NCBI GenBank assembly: GCA_030141605.1
Contig: JAQGDQ010001007.1
Coordinates: forward strand, 1-64,000
DNA length: 64,000 nt
From: Tubiluchus corallicola
Taxonomy: Eukaryota > Animalia > Priapulida
Reading direction: 5' to 3'
Shown here: positions 1-44,746 of the stretch, piece after piece
Layout of the letters: every line of letters begins with the position of its first letter
Numbering within the stretch: the stretch's first letter is position 1
Notes under the pieces: model-generated
Databases searched by the model: none
What the model was told of the DNA's origin: nothing
Seen by the model: only the letters and a program-made list of their open reading frames with translations
Position numbers and translations under genes: made by a program

Positions 1-1011
1 TTTTTCTCACACCACCTCTTGCCTCTCATGTGGTTAAGTGGCGGCTGCTCCTGTGATTATATTTTTCACACACCACCTCTCGCCTCTCGTCTGGTTAAGT
101 GGCGGCTCTTCTGATTATATTTTTCTCGCACCACCTCTTGCCTCTCATGTGGTTAAGTAGTGGCTGCTCTTCTGACTATATTTTTCTCGCACCACCTCTT
201 GCCTCTCATGTGGTTAAGTAGTTGCTGCTCTTCTGACTATATTTTTCTCACTCCACCTCTCGCCTCTCTCTGGTTAAGTAGTTGCTGCTCTTCTGATTAT
301 ATTTTTCTCACTCCACCTCTCGCCTCTCGTCTGGTTAAGTAGTGGGTGCTCCTCTGATTATATTTTTCTCACACCACCTCTTGCCTCTCATGTGGTTAAG
401 TAGTGGCTGCTCTTCTGATTATATTTTTCTCACTCCACCTCTCGCCTCTCGTCTGGTTAAGTAGTGGCTGCTCTTCTGATTATATTTTTCTCACTCCACC
501 TCTCGCCTCTCGTCTGGTTAAGTAGTGGCTGCTCTTCTGATTATATTTTTCTCACTCCACCTCTCGCCTCTCGTCTGATTAAGTAGTGGCTGCTCTTCTG
601 ATTATATTTTTCTCACTCCACCTCTTGCCTCTCGTCTGATTAAGTAGTGACTGCTCTTCTGATTATATTTTTCTCACTCCACCTCTTGCCTCTCGTCTGG
701 TTAAGTAGTGGCTGCTCTTCTGATTATATTTTTCTCACTCCACCTCTCGCCTCTCGTCTGGTTAAGTAGTGGCTGCTCTTCTGATTATATTTTTCTCACT
801 CCACCTCTCGCCTCTCGTCTGGTTAAGTAGTGGCTGCTCTTCTGATTATATTTTTCACACACCACCTCTCGCCTCTCGTCTGGTTAAGTAGTGGCTGCTC
901 TTCTGATTATATTTTTCTCACTCCACCTCTCGCCTCTCGTCTGGTTAAGTAGTGGCTGCTCTTCTGATTATATTTTTCTCACACACCTCTCGCCTCTCGC
1001 CTCGTTAAGTG
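1..1011. repeat. 61-bp tandem satellite/minisatellite, ~16 copies, runs off window start
   Basis: Unit TTTTCTCACTCCACCTCTCGCCTCTCGTCTGGTTAAGTAGTGGCTGCTCTTCTGATTATAT repeated head-to-tail; pattern shifts by 1 nt per 60-nt line. Confidence 0.95.
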
Positions 1012-1299
1012 GTGTCTAGTTTCCCATGTCTCTCGTGTTGATATAAGCTGCTAATGATTCCTGTATTTTACTGGTTTACCTTGTTCAACGTGTAAATAAC
1101 GTAAATGGAGCGTTGATGCAACATTTATGAACTTAGACAACAGAGAGCTGCTTTTGCTGTTGTTATCAATTCAATCGCTTGTCAGCGTTTAGCTTATGTC
1201 AGCGTCCTCGACTGTGGAAAAGGTGCTTAAATAGGCGTCTGTGTGCCATGGTTTTGTTAGCTTTTTGCAATTTTGTTGTTAGTGCAATCTTGATGTGTG

Positions 1300-1700
1300 T
1301 CATTTCACTTTAGACCAATCTTGACACTGGCCATATCAAGTTAGTGTAATATTGACCTTTGACCTCTCACTTCATTGAAAGCTTTACAACTGACTTTTCA
1401 GTTTAGCGCAAGTTCAAAAAATTTAGCGTAATTTTGGTTTTGACCTCTCACTACAGTGAAATGTTGACCTTTGACTTTTCAGTTTAGTGCAATCTTGACA
1501 TGTGTCCTCTTGTTTTAGAGCAATTTTGACACTGGAAATGTATCAATTTACTGTAATTTGACCTTTGACCTCTCACATTAGTGAATGTTTGACAACTGAC
1601 GCTTTCTGGTGTAGCCTTGACAGTGAGTTTATAAATTTAGCGTCATTTTGACCTTTGACCTCTCATCCCAGTGGAAGCTTGACCTCTCTAGCGCAGTCTT
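1300..1700. repeat. Degenerate tandem repeat built on TTGACCTTTGACCTCTCA
   Basis: Motif or part of it recurs at ~1352, 1440, 1464, 1558, 1648, 1679 with ~90-110 bp periodicity. Confidence 0.6.
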
Positions 1701-3428
1701 AGTCATAGACGTTTATTGCAATCTTAACATTTTGACATTTCACATTTAAATTAGCGTCAAATAGCAAAAATGTGCCATAAGGCAGGTAACTTCATGACAA
1801 ATGGTACAACAATAGCAGTAGAAAATTTTGGTATTACTATAATAAACTAGTAAACCTTTAATTTAAATGTATTTTAAAGGGAAAGTCAAGCCTTCTGGGA
1901 AATTAGGTTTATTTTAATGTTTGCGAAAATTTTTAGAAATGTTTACTAATAAAAGTGTAATAAGTGCCTCGTGTAATTAGTAAAATCACCTTAAAGTCGC
2001 GATTATTTCGCGCTCCATTTTGAACGCCCATTCTTCCACCAATGACGTCATTCATTAGCTGAAGAAAAGCAGTGCACTGTTAATTTCGGCCAAACTCCTT
2101 TAGTGTTGCTTAACTTTGATTGTTAAGGACCTTGCTCCGTGTCCTACCTATTTAGTGCTAAATTAATGTTTTCTATATTTATATATCTTATTTATACATA
2201 CATAGTAACAATTCCATAGTATTTTATGTATTGATTTAAATCTAAATAACGATAAATAATTAAGCAAATCTACATCAAATAAGAACTACTAAAAAGTAGG
2301 AAAACAATCAGACTACGATACATTTTCTTTTAGATATGGTTTTATTAATGGTATACACCATGTAGTCATGAGATAACTTATATAATACACAAAACAAATA
2401 ATATCATAAACAATACAACTAAATAAGGCCTTAAGGCCTCGGTGAGATTAAGCCCAACCAAGAATGACGTTAATTTTGGCTGTTTTTTGGTTTCGGATTA
2501 ACGTATTAGGCCTTCACAAAATTCGCAAAAAGTGCCAGCAAGTACTTAAGATTAAGAAAATTTATAGGAAAACCGGATGATTGTGTAGACATTAGATCAA
2601 AATAAAGTATGCTGTAAAATATTGAAAATTACAACAGCTTTTTTAAATCAAAGCTTAAATTAAACAATAATTACCTCATATAGTTAAATTTTGTCAAACT
2701 TTCAAAGCCGCACGTGGCTCAGCGCATCCACTAAGACCGGCAATGGCGTCTTATTGTCACATTCGCGTGGTCGACAAATAGGCGCGGTACTGTGATAAGC
2801 ATGATGATGAACAGCAGTGTTTGTGTGTGACGTCAGTGTGACGTAAAACTTATTTTCGTGACATCACATCAGCATCTAATAGCAAAAATCGCTTACGCAA
2901 ACGTGCTTGCCGCGCCAAGAAGATTCCTACCATTGCATAAACTGTGGTTAGTTTGTGATGTAAGTGATAGCTGTATTCGGTTGCCGTTAATTAACTTTCT
3001 AAGCTAATTATTCACTTATTAGAAACAAATGTTAACGTTTATAGGCAAGAAAATGTATAGTTTGTATTTTAAATTAAAATGGTATTGGGGCTAATCAATC
3101 ATTCGGTTTTCCTTTAATGTAAATAATCATATTTCATTGCCTACGCAAGAAAATTAATAAATTAATTTAGCACGACAAAAATAATTATTTTTAAGAAAAT
3201 AACTGTGAGACGTACATTGACTAGGTAGAATTGCTTACGCAATATTCATGAATACATGTCGTGTAAGTGTGAATACCTAATGGTGATGCGTTGACAAATA
3301 TAAGATAGACAATTACGATGTAGACAATAACGATTGCTAAGCTAGCACGGACATTTTTACACGAGATCAGCGAAGAAGTAAAGAGAATTATCCCTTAAAT
3401 TACTTGTGTGGTATTTCATATTTGTGTT

Positions 3429-4084
3429 AATAAGCCTTTTCACAGTTCCAGCGATTGATGATGATCGTGAAAAGGTCAAAGGTTGAGTGTGCCAGACAAC
3501 ACATTTGTGTACACTTGACAATACCTCACACCCGCTGCTGTTGTAATAGGAACAGTTTCAACAGCTAGCTAGAACTTTACCTAGTTCATTTTTTCTTGTT
3601 CCCATGTAAGATCCTGTTTGGATAAGATCCAAGTAAATCACTTTGCGCACAGACTAATGTATAATTAAGTAAAGTCAATGTAAAACAACTGAAGTTACGC
3701 AACCGGGCTTTGATTTACCTACATGTCACGTGACGGTTGTAGCTAAGACAAGTTTCGTTGTGCGCACGCGCATTTGCTGAAGGTCAAAGGTTGAGTGTAC
3801 CACAGCAACGCGTCTTAACTACAATCGTGACATGTGGGTAACGCAAAACATCAGTTCAATAGCTTCAATTTTTTACGTGGATTTCACTTAACTATGCATT
3901 AGTCTGTGTGTGGATCTTGCTTGGGAACAAGAAAAAATTAACTAAGTAAGGTTCTAGCTAGCTATTAAAACTATTATTATTACAATAGCATGGGCTGCGA
4001 GGCGTTAACAAATGCCTTCTCTGGTACACGTAACCTTTGACCTTTTGAGGATCATCAATCACTGAAACTGTGAAAAGGCTTATT
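3429..4084. mobile_element. Fold-back/MITE-like element with long imperfect inverted arms
   Basis: Left AATAAGCCTTTTCACAGTTCCAGCGATTGATGAT...AAAAGGTCAAAGGTT matches the reverse complement of the right end; inner blocks AGCTAGAAC..CTTGTTCCCA and CACAGACTAATG are also inverted. Confidence 0.8.
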
Positions 4085-4574
4085 GAGTTTTATGAGGAGG
4101 CCTAATTATACGACCCAATAAAAAGCCAATGGCTTTTTTCATGTATTAAAAGTTTGGAATGGTCTCATCTTAAGTAACAGGCCTAGTACAGTAGAATGTG
4201 CCAGCCATATTATTGGTGAAAATGGTTTAAGTACTTGTTCAAAGAAAACACGCCCGCCATCTTGATACAGTCGTGGCCATGTTGATAACGTCTATTGACT
4301 GTCCAGGATTATTTCAGAGTTTATGTCACATTAAGGACACGACCGCCATCTTGATATAGCAGCAAACACGCTGACAGACATTTTGTTTTGGCTAACCAAA
4401 AAACACATGTATCACATGACCACAGTCCTGATACAACAGAAATGTTATGAGAGTCGTTTTACTGTGGGTGACACAAGAAATAATGCGTCAACACAACCGC
4501 CATCTTGATACAACAAGAAACAAAATGGCGGCCAGTTATTCTGTCCAAAAATTCTCGCAGAGTTTTGTGTCACG

Positions 4575-5431
4575 TTAGGAACAAGACCACCATCTTGGTT
4601 GAGGGTGCATGAGAGGATGCGTGTAATTTGGCATAACGTTCATGCCGTCCATCGAGCCCATACTGTTCATGCTATTGAACGTGTTCATGGTGCCAATGGC
4701 AGCCATACTGTTCATGCACTGAGACGAAAGTGGCGGTTGGAAAGACATTGGCAGTTCATGTTGCGCCGGTTGCTGCTTCGACAAGACGCCATTGTGGCAG
4801 GGCTTGCCGTCGCGGACCAGCACGGGCACGGCGACTCGACGAGGCGACGGCAGCGGGTTCATCTCCAACCCACCCTTCTCTGCCCGCGCTTTTTTGCACT
4901 TGTATCGATGGTTTTGAAACCAGATTTTCACTTGCGTGGGCGTAAGGCGGATAATACTGGCAAGGTGCTCCCGCTCGGGGGCAGATAGGTAGCGCTGCTG
5001 TCGAAATCGCCTCTCGAGCTCATAGGTTTGCGCTTTTGAAAATAGAACCCTCCTCTTTCTCTTCTTTGGTGTTTCACCGGACTGCGCACTTTCGCTCCCT
5101 CCCTTCTCAAGTGTCAGTTCTTCTGTTTCGTCCGGGTCATCTAGACAGTTTTCTGACCCAACCGACTCCACTAAGCTGCACTCGCTGGTCACCGATCTAG
5201 CAGCGGGGCTGACCGACCCCGCGTGGGACGCCGCAGACAGGTTAGCATCGTTATTCCCCATTGTCATGGTGGTCGAAGTTTTTTCTACGAGAGACGGACT
5301 AGTGTGGCTGAGTTTCGGCGGATGATGATGAGAAACAAACTCGGGTTGAGTTATCAACATTTGACCTGCTGCGATGCTGCTCTCCGACGACATCGTAACG
5401 GTTGCGTTAATCAATGCTTGGCTTGTCATTG
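4575..5431 (-). CDS. NKX2-2: NK2.2 (Nkx2-2/vnd) homeobox transcription factor, last coding exon
   Basis: Homeodomain [57 protein letters not shown] (NK2 Tyr54; [16 protein letters not shown] is NK2.2-type), NK2-specific domain [18 protein letters not shown]-terminal WW; acceptor tttcatttcag|CA at 5432/5431; stop at 4575-4577. Confidence 0.95.
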
Positions 5432-5639
5432 CTGAAATGAAATTAATTTTGTAAATAAAAGATGTTTTTACATTGACATGTCTTACTAAATGTGGTGTGT
5501 GGGAGGACCAGAACATAGCTCATTGTAAAGGCTAATCATCTAAGATGAAATGCTGAAATGACACAGAGAGGTGTCTTAGTCACAATTAGTTTAAAACATT
5601 TTGCCCAAAATATTGACCAACATCCAAACATCCATTCAC

Positions 5640-6690
5640 TGACCAGCCTGACATTGCTTAACTTCGAACGACATAGTTTCCAATATCCAGTCAGTTCTCT
5701 TTTTTCGGCTAACAGACCAAACTATTGATTTTTGTGAAATGGATAGATGGGTACTGCTGATGGGCAATTTTTTTATTATTATTATTTATTAAATATATCC
5801 GCAATGATCATTACAGCATTGTACATAAAAGTATTTAATAATATAGTTATTATTATGTGCACAAGATGCCAAGCCGGAAATGACCCGTGGGGTACTCAAG
5901 AAGTGTTTACTTGTTTAGAGTACCCCAAATGAATGTGGAGTGAGTGTAATAGAAAAGAGCAGTAAAGGAGTAGAAAGAAAGGTTAATAGAGAATAGAAAA
6001 AAGGAGAAAGATGTGATGGTATCTGTATGAAGTAACGTGAACTATAGAAATGTAAAAATTGACATAGCCAGCAACACAATGGATTCCGACAGGCACAGCA
6101 GCGTAATTAATCAAATTGATTTATTCTGTATAATTAGAAAAGATTTCACTTTTAAGATTTCTTTTGAAGTTATTTATAGATAAAGAATTTTTTATGTATT
6201 CGTTGCTGTTATTCCAAAGTCTAGGGCCAGTGTTAGTGATGAAGTGTGTTCCAATAATTATACCACCCAATGAAAACTCATATACAAGTCCCTATTGGTG
6301 CCTAATGATATCAAAGTGTCTATCTATGAACGTTTAGAAGTTTTAGACCTCCAAACTGCGGCACCATTTCTTGACCTTTTAGTGCCCCGGGATAGCCGAC
6401 TAAAATGCAAAAATTTTCAAAACGCTGTTAGAATGGTTCCAAGAAATCATTACTGAAAGTTTGGCTGCTGTATCCAGTTACTTCTCTTGTGGAGGTAACA
6501 GACCAAGCTATTGATCTTGTGAAACGGATAGAGGGGTACTGATGACGTAATTTGGTCACTTCGTGTTGCCCAAAGTCACCAATCATACTACCAAATGAAA
6601 GCCCAAATGCAAGTGCCTGTTCGTCCAGTAACCATGTATCCAGTCGTTCCCCATTTTTCGGCTAACAGACCAGACTAGAAGCAGGCTAGC
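5640..6690. repeat. Interspersed repeat remnants with internal duplications (NK2.2 intron/upstream)
   Basis: TATCCAGTC..TTTTCGGCTAACAGACCA at ~5684 and ~6637; AACAGACCAA.CTATTGAT..TGTGAAA.GGATAGA.GGGTACTG at ~5711 and ~6497. Confidence 0.5.
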
Positions 6691-7359
6691 AATATCACAC
6701 TGCGCATGCGTGTCATTTAAAAACTATCTATTCGTATAAACAACGGTGCGCAGGCCTCTTCTGTGTAAGTTGTCCTGCGCATAAGATGCTAGAAAACGTA
6801 ATTAATTTTATGAATCATTGCATGAAAATAAATGTCTTTTGGTGTTTAAAACGTAATGATTTTTAGGAATAGTCTAAGAAAGCAAACCTAAAGTATCAAA
6901 CTAAAACGTTTGAACCAAAACAACTAATGTCACGCAAAGCTATAGGAAAATTATATAAAATTATCACACGGCAACGCGCGATGGCGCTGGTGCAATAAAA
7001 TTAAACAATAAAATTAAATCAAAGTTACTAACAAATTAGCAACTACGATACAGCGATAGAGTTGTTAATTTTAAATAGCCAGTTTGTCGACTAGGTCCGT
7101 CGCATACTTAAAAGTTAGTCGAAAATTAATTTGCTCAGCCAATTTCCTCCATAAAAGCGTGTAAAGGATTAATACATCACAAACAGTTTATCAAATTTTC
7201 ATTTCACTATAAATGCGAGCTTCTGGAAAAACCGAATTGACCATATACCAGTCAATGTCGTGAGGTTCGTTCTTCTATTGAAGTTACATTTTTATATCCT
7301 TAAAGAAAGACAAGATGATTTTTCATATCCTACCCCGTTTTCAAGTACGGTATAAATCC

Positions 7360-7748
7360 ATATGCTGGTCTAGGTGTGTTGTAATATTAAATCTTGAGCC
7401 TGTCTACATGTATGGCTGTAGCAGGTGTTTCTGGCTTAGGCGGCTGTAGGATTGCGGAACTGGCATATTGTATTGTTATAGTGCTTGGTTTAGGTGTCTT
7501 TGTGTGTTGGGGTGGGGCCACGGTGACCTTGAGTTTGTAAATCTTTGGCGCATAGAGGAGTGGACAGGGTGCTTCTGGCGTGCAGGGTTGTAGACAATAC
7601 TTAGAGTTCTGGCATGTATGGCAGGCAGGTGCTCCTGGCTCTAGGTGGTTGTGGATACACAGGTCTTATATGTATAGTTAGTATAGGGTAGCTGAGTTTA
7701 GTGGCCACAGGACCCTGGCATTGGCAGAAGAAGGCAGGTGCTTCTGGA
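7360..7748 (-). other. Indel-riddled inverted copy of the Pro/Gln/Tyr coding repeat (fold-back junction)
   Basis: GGCATGTATGG..CAGGTGCTCCTGG, GACCTTGAGTTTGT..TTGGCGCATA and CAGGTGCTTCTGG are reverse complements of units at 7753-9320; apex near 7750. Confidence 0.8.
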
Positions 7749-7752
7749 CCCA

Positions 7753-40591
<32,839 letters not shown>

Positions 40592-40762
40592 ATGGAATAC
40601 AGGATTGATACGGAAATTGACCCGGACCATCCACGGATCTGTATCGGACTTGTGGCAGTACAGTTACTCTCTTATGTTAACTATGACTTATTGAAATTTT
40701 TTAGTAAATCTGTAATTGTTAAAATTTTGCCTTATTTGTTGCTGTGATATTTTGAGATCATT

Positions 40763-40768
40763 AATAAA
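40763..40768 (+). terminator. Candidate polyadenylation signal of SSPO-like gene
   Basis: First AATAAA after the stop at 40591. Confidence 0.4.
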
Positions 40769-43029
40769 ATATTTTCAGTGTGCATGTATGGAAAGTTCAT
40801 GTATTTATTTATTATTTTATAAGCTGTTATTGCGTCATATAGATACTGTGTCATATTTCACAATTTCTTTCTAATGAGTGGTGCTTCACTTAACTAGAGA
40901 TAAGCAGTAATATGTCTTTAATGTGATAGTCTTTGAACGGGTAAAGACTTGCTAAGTTGAAAGTCACTATCAACAATGATTCTTTATGTTAGCGTTATTA
41001 TTAATGTTAATATTATTATTATTAATATATTAGTATTTGGATAATATATTTCTAGCTAGATTCTTCTGCAAAAAACTGTTTTATTTGACATCTTAGAAGA
41101 ATAATGCGGACACTATTTTTTACAAATTGGCCACTTTCCTACTGGTACTATTTGAGCAAACGTTGCACATGACAGTAACTGAACTACGACAAGATTTTTA
41201 ACTTATTTTTTCTCTTTATTAATAAGTATAGCAGCATAGTTCTAAAAAGTGACTAGTTATTTCATGCCAGTTTATAATTGAACAATTGTTGTTATGTAAA
41301 TAAATTTGCCATACTCTTGTCAATTGTGCACAAACTTTAGCAAAAATTACTGTACATGTATTGTTATAATGATAGTATGTTTGCAGTGCAAGCCTTAATT
41401 GTTAAACCTGTGGTATCTGTACTTAGTTAACAAAGTCAAATTGTTCTGTGTAAGCACTCACAGATGTAAGAAAAATTTGTGCAAATTTAACAATAGTTCC
41501 TAATAACAACTGATTAGAAAATTAGGACAGATGTTTGATGTGGCTATGCTACACTCTACATTTGAAAAAATTGCGCTAAAACTTCAGCTTCAACATTCTT
41601 GTAGAAATACTAGTATGTCAGTTTAGTCTTACATTCAGCATAATTGTGTCCAGTAATTCTTATTGTTATTTTTGTGACAGCATGATGGTGCAATGTAATG
41701 CTTTTTTAATGCACAGCAGATGCGAGTTACAAAAATCAATCCAATTAATTTGTTTGTTTAAAAACTGACTTGATGTGAATAGTTACAAGAAAAAAATAAA
41801 TGATTGTTATTCTACTCTGCAAGCAGATACCTGTTACTGGTTTGTTTGTGCATAGCAGTCCGATAAAGGCACTTCAATAGAATTGTTTGCGCTGTAAGTC
41901 ATAATTAATAATGTGGATGTGGATAAATGAGCTATTTAAAAAACAGAAGAAACAGATTTAAACTATAATTAGGATCAATTCATACAAAGTTTGAAAGAAT
42001 TAACTGTTAAGTCGTTAAACTTAATGAGAATTGCTGTAACTGTGTGCGTGTTTTTTTTAAAAACTAAACTATCCCAGCCCAGCTTGGCTTCAACACATGC
42101 AGAAAAGACAAAAAAAGCAAATTACATGTATAAATTAAATTCAAGACAAATCATTATTCCCAAAAAAATTGCCAGTTAGTAAAACAGCAAGCAAACAGGC
42201 AGATTTGTAAACTATGTCAAACGAGTTTATGTACGATTTACAAAAAACAGCCTACATAACATCATTATACCCATTAGTTAGGAAAACAGGTTTTAATTAT
42301 CGCAACTTTAGTTATTTAATCTGAGAAAGGAATGTTGACGTCACATAGGAGAGTTGATTCAATTTGGGTGTTGTATATAATTTAGGGATTGCACTCGTTT
42401 GCAGGGCTTGACGTCACTCTTACGCACGTTTTAAGAGGTTTCCTTCATCTGCACGCATAACTGTACGGGCCGATTTTTTCGTGGGGGGAGGGCTGAGCCA
42501 CTTTTACAGCGCCACTGCGAAAAAAGCCCGGAACCAGAAATTGCCTCATCCCACCCCCATGATCAAAAAATGCCCGGATTTCGGAATTTCATTTGGCGGC
42601 ATGGAGAAATTTCGAGACTTCGTTTTAGGAAGAATATTATCTTATTTTTTACATCATTTGGCCTGTGCCCGAAAAATTTGGTGATGGTAAGGATCCAAGA
42701 TGCGGAAATTCCAGTACAGAGACTGAAGCTTCATGAGTTGGTGACTGGACTCGAACAAGAAGGAATGAGCTGTAGCAGAAAGCATAGAATGATAATTAAT
42801 TTTTACTAATTATCTGCCATTGTCTGTTTTAAATGTTTTTTTAAGTTACTGAGTTTAAACGGAAATTTTTCTTTCTTTTTTGAAGTGCTTGTTTCTTGTG
42901 AAAAATAATTATTATGATGATAAATGTAATAATCTTTCTTTAAAGTTGTTTTTTCGGATGAGCAATTAACATAAACTTCAAAGAGCTTTTGGACCGACTG
43001 TAAATAACAATCTACAACTACATAACAGA

Positions 43030-43180
43030 GACTGTTATTACCCCACTTTGGCCTACCTACCACGCGCCAGGCAGGGCAACAGCAGGCGCCATTTTTAAAG
43101 TCTTTGGCATTAACCCGCCGCTGTATCGAACTCACGACCTACCAACCGGAAAACGGACGCGTTACCACTAGACGAAGGTA
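43030..43180 (-). mobile_element. tRNA-derived SINE fragment
   Basis: Reverse strand reads GTCTAGTGGTAACGCGTCC...GGTCGTGAGTTCGATAC (A/B-box-like) followed by a non-tRNA body. Confidence 0.55.
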
Positions 43181-44353
43181 ATGGTAATGGTCAAAGTAAT
43201 AATTAATAGTGATAGCGTTTTGTAATCCGTATTTCTTTTTTTCTTTTATAACACCTATTGTAGGGGTAGCCACATTAAATGTATACATTTATAAATGTTT
43301 GCGTTGGATGAAATAGCCACATCTTTGCTTGTTACTTTGATAATTTTAACTGATGTTTGCATGTGTAATTTTCACTTGTAGCGTAAAAAAGTAAAGTGCG
43401 TTCTCAAAATCGAACTCAAGAAAATTCTAAAATGGAAAGTGGAAATAGCAGAAAATTGGTACAGGCCCTCGCTTAACAATGAAATTATTAATTCAGAACA
43501 ATCGAGAAACAAAAACCGTTTTAGTCGAGACAACAACGATGTTAAATATTGTGCAATGTGAAAGCAATTCCGCCAATCCAGGAGCACTCAGGAAGAAGGA
43601 ATGCCTGAAACCTTCCATTAGCTGTCAGGATTTCGCTCGCAAAACCAAATTTACGCACCTATCATGACACTCAATATTCTTGGCGTGTTTGTTCCTATTT
43701 GACAAAGCACTTAAACCAGGCGACGGACTTCTAACCACGTTAGCACGTAAACTAATCATTTCTGCTAGTTCGCGTAGCTAAAGAAATAAGTCACTCAAAT
43801 AAATCTGAGTCCATCTAGTAAATGTCCTTGATTTTTGTACGTGGTTCTATGACTTAAATTTATCTTTTGCTGCAGTACGTTTTTGCGATGTAGCGCAGGC
43901 TGGTCTGCGATTGGCTTACTCGTGTACTCCCTAATAGTAATGTGAACATGAAATGCATCTTTCACAAGATAATGTTAATTAGCACATTTTTTATTAACTA
44001 TGCCCATATAGACTGTAATGAATAATTTGACTAATTGCCAACAAAAATTTACATAAGCCTATAATTAATGGCATGCAACAAAAGCATTAATTAATATATT
44101 TATGATGAAATATAATCCAGGTATCAAATGAATTGGACTAATTGAGAAGTTGATTTACTGTGTCTACTGTGTCTTTAAAAACTAAGAAAACGATTTTAGC
44201 TAACATTTAAAAATTTGCCGCTCTTAAAACAGTATTTCTGTTAATTTACCTCTTTGCAATTAACATAGTTTTCAAACGCAAATTCGAACTTATACGCATC
44301 CATTAATTGCTTAAAATAGCAGATTTCTTGCAATAATCAAATTATACAATTAA

Positions 44354-44656
44354 TTAATGCATCGAGCGCAGAATGACTGTTGCCACAAGCGACAGTGTTG
44401 TCGCAACAAGAACAGAAGCGGTGGTGCTGACACCTTCATTGCAGAGATCGCTGTTACACACGCAGAGGGTTACTGTATAACCCCCTTCTGATCCTGATTC
44501 ACAGCCTTCGCTGAGGATTCCACTTACGTCACAGGACCTAACCACAGATATTGCAGAACCTACACAAAATACAGTGTAGACAATTACGATGTTATTGTTA
44601 GCAATAGGGTCTTAGCAGCAGTAACAGCAGCAGCAGCAGTAGTAATAGTAGTAGTG

Positions 44657-44746
<90 letters not shown>

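Noticed and set aside
1-1011. CRISPR-like array; ORF 160..342
   Set aside because: Units are contiguous with no unique spacers, no cas genes, eukaryotic context; ORF is a by-product of the repeat
1874-3117. TTAA-flanked AGG...CCT Kolobok-like element
   Set aside because: Terminal inverted match too short and degenerate
4599-5435. Overlapping + strand ORFs opposite NK2.2
   Set aside because: Antisense shadows of GC-rich coding sequence
5432-5516. N-terminal MFWSSHTPH.. of the 313-aa NK2.2 ORF
   Set aside because: Non-ATG start, AT-rich, lies upstream of a good splice acceptor: intron read-through
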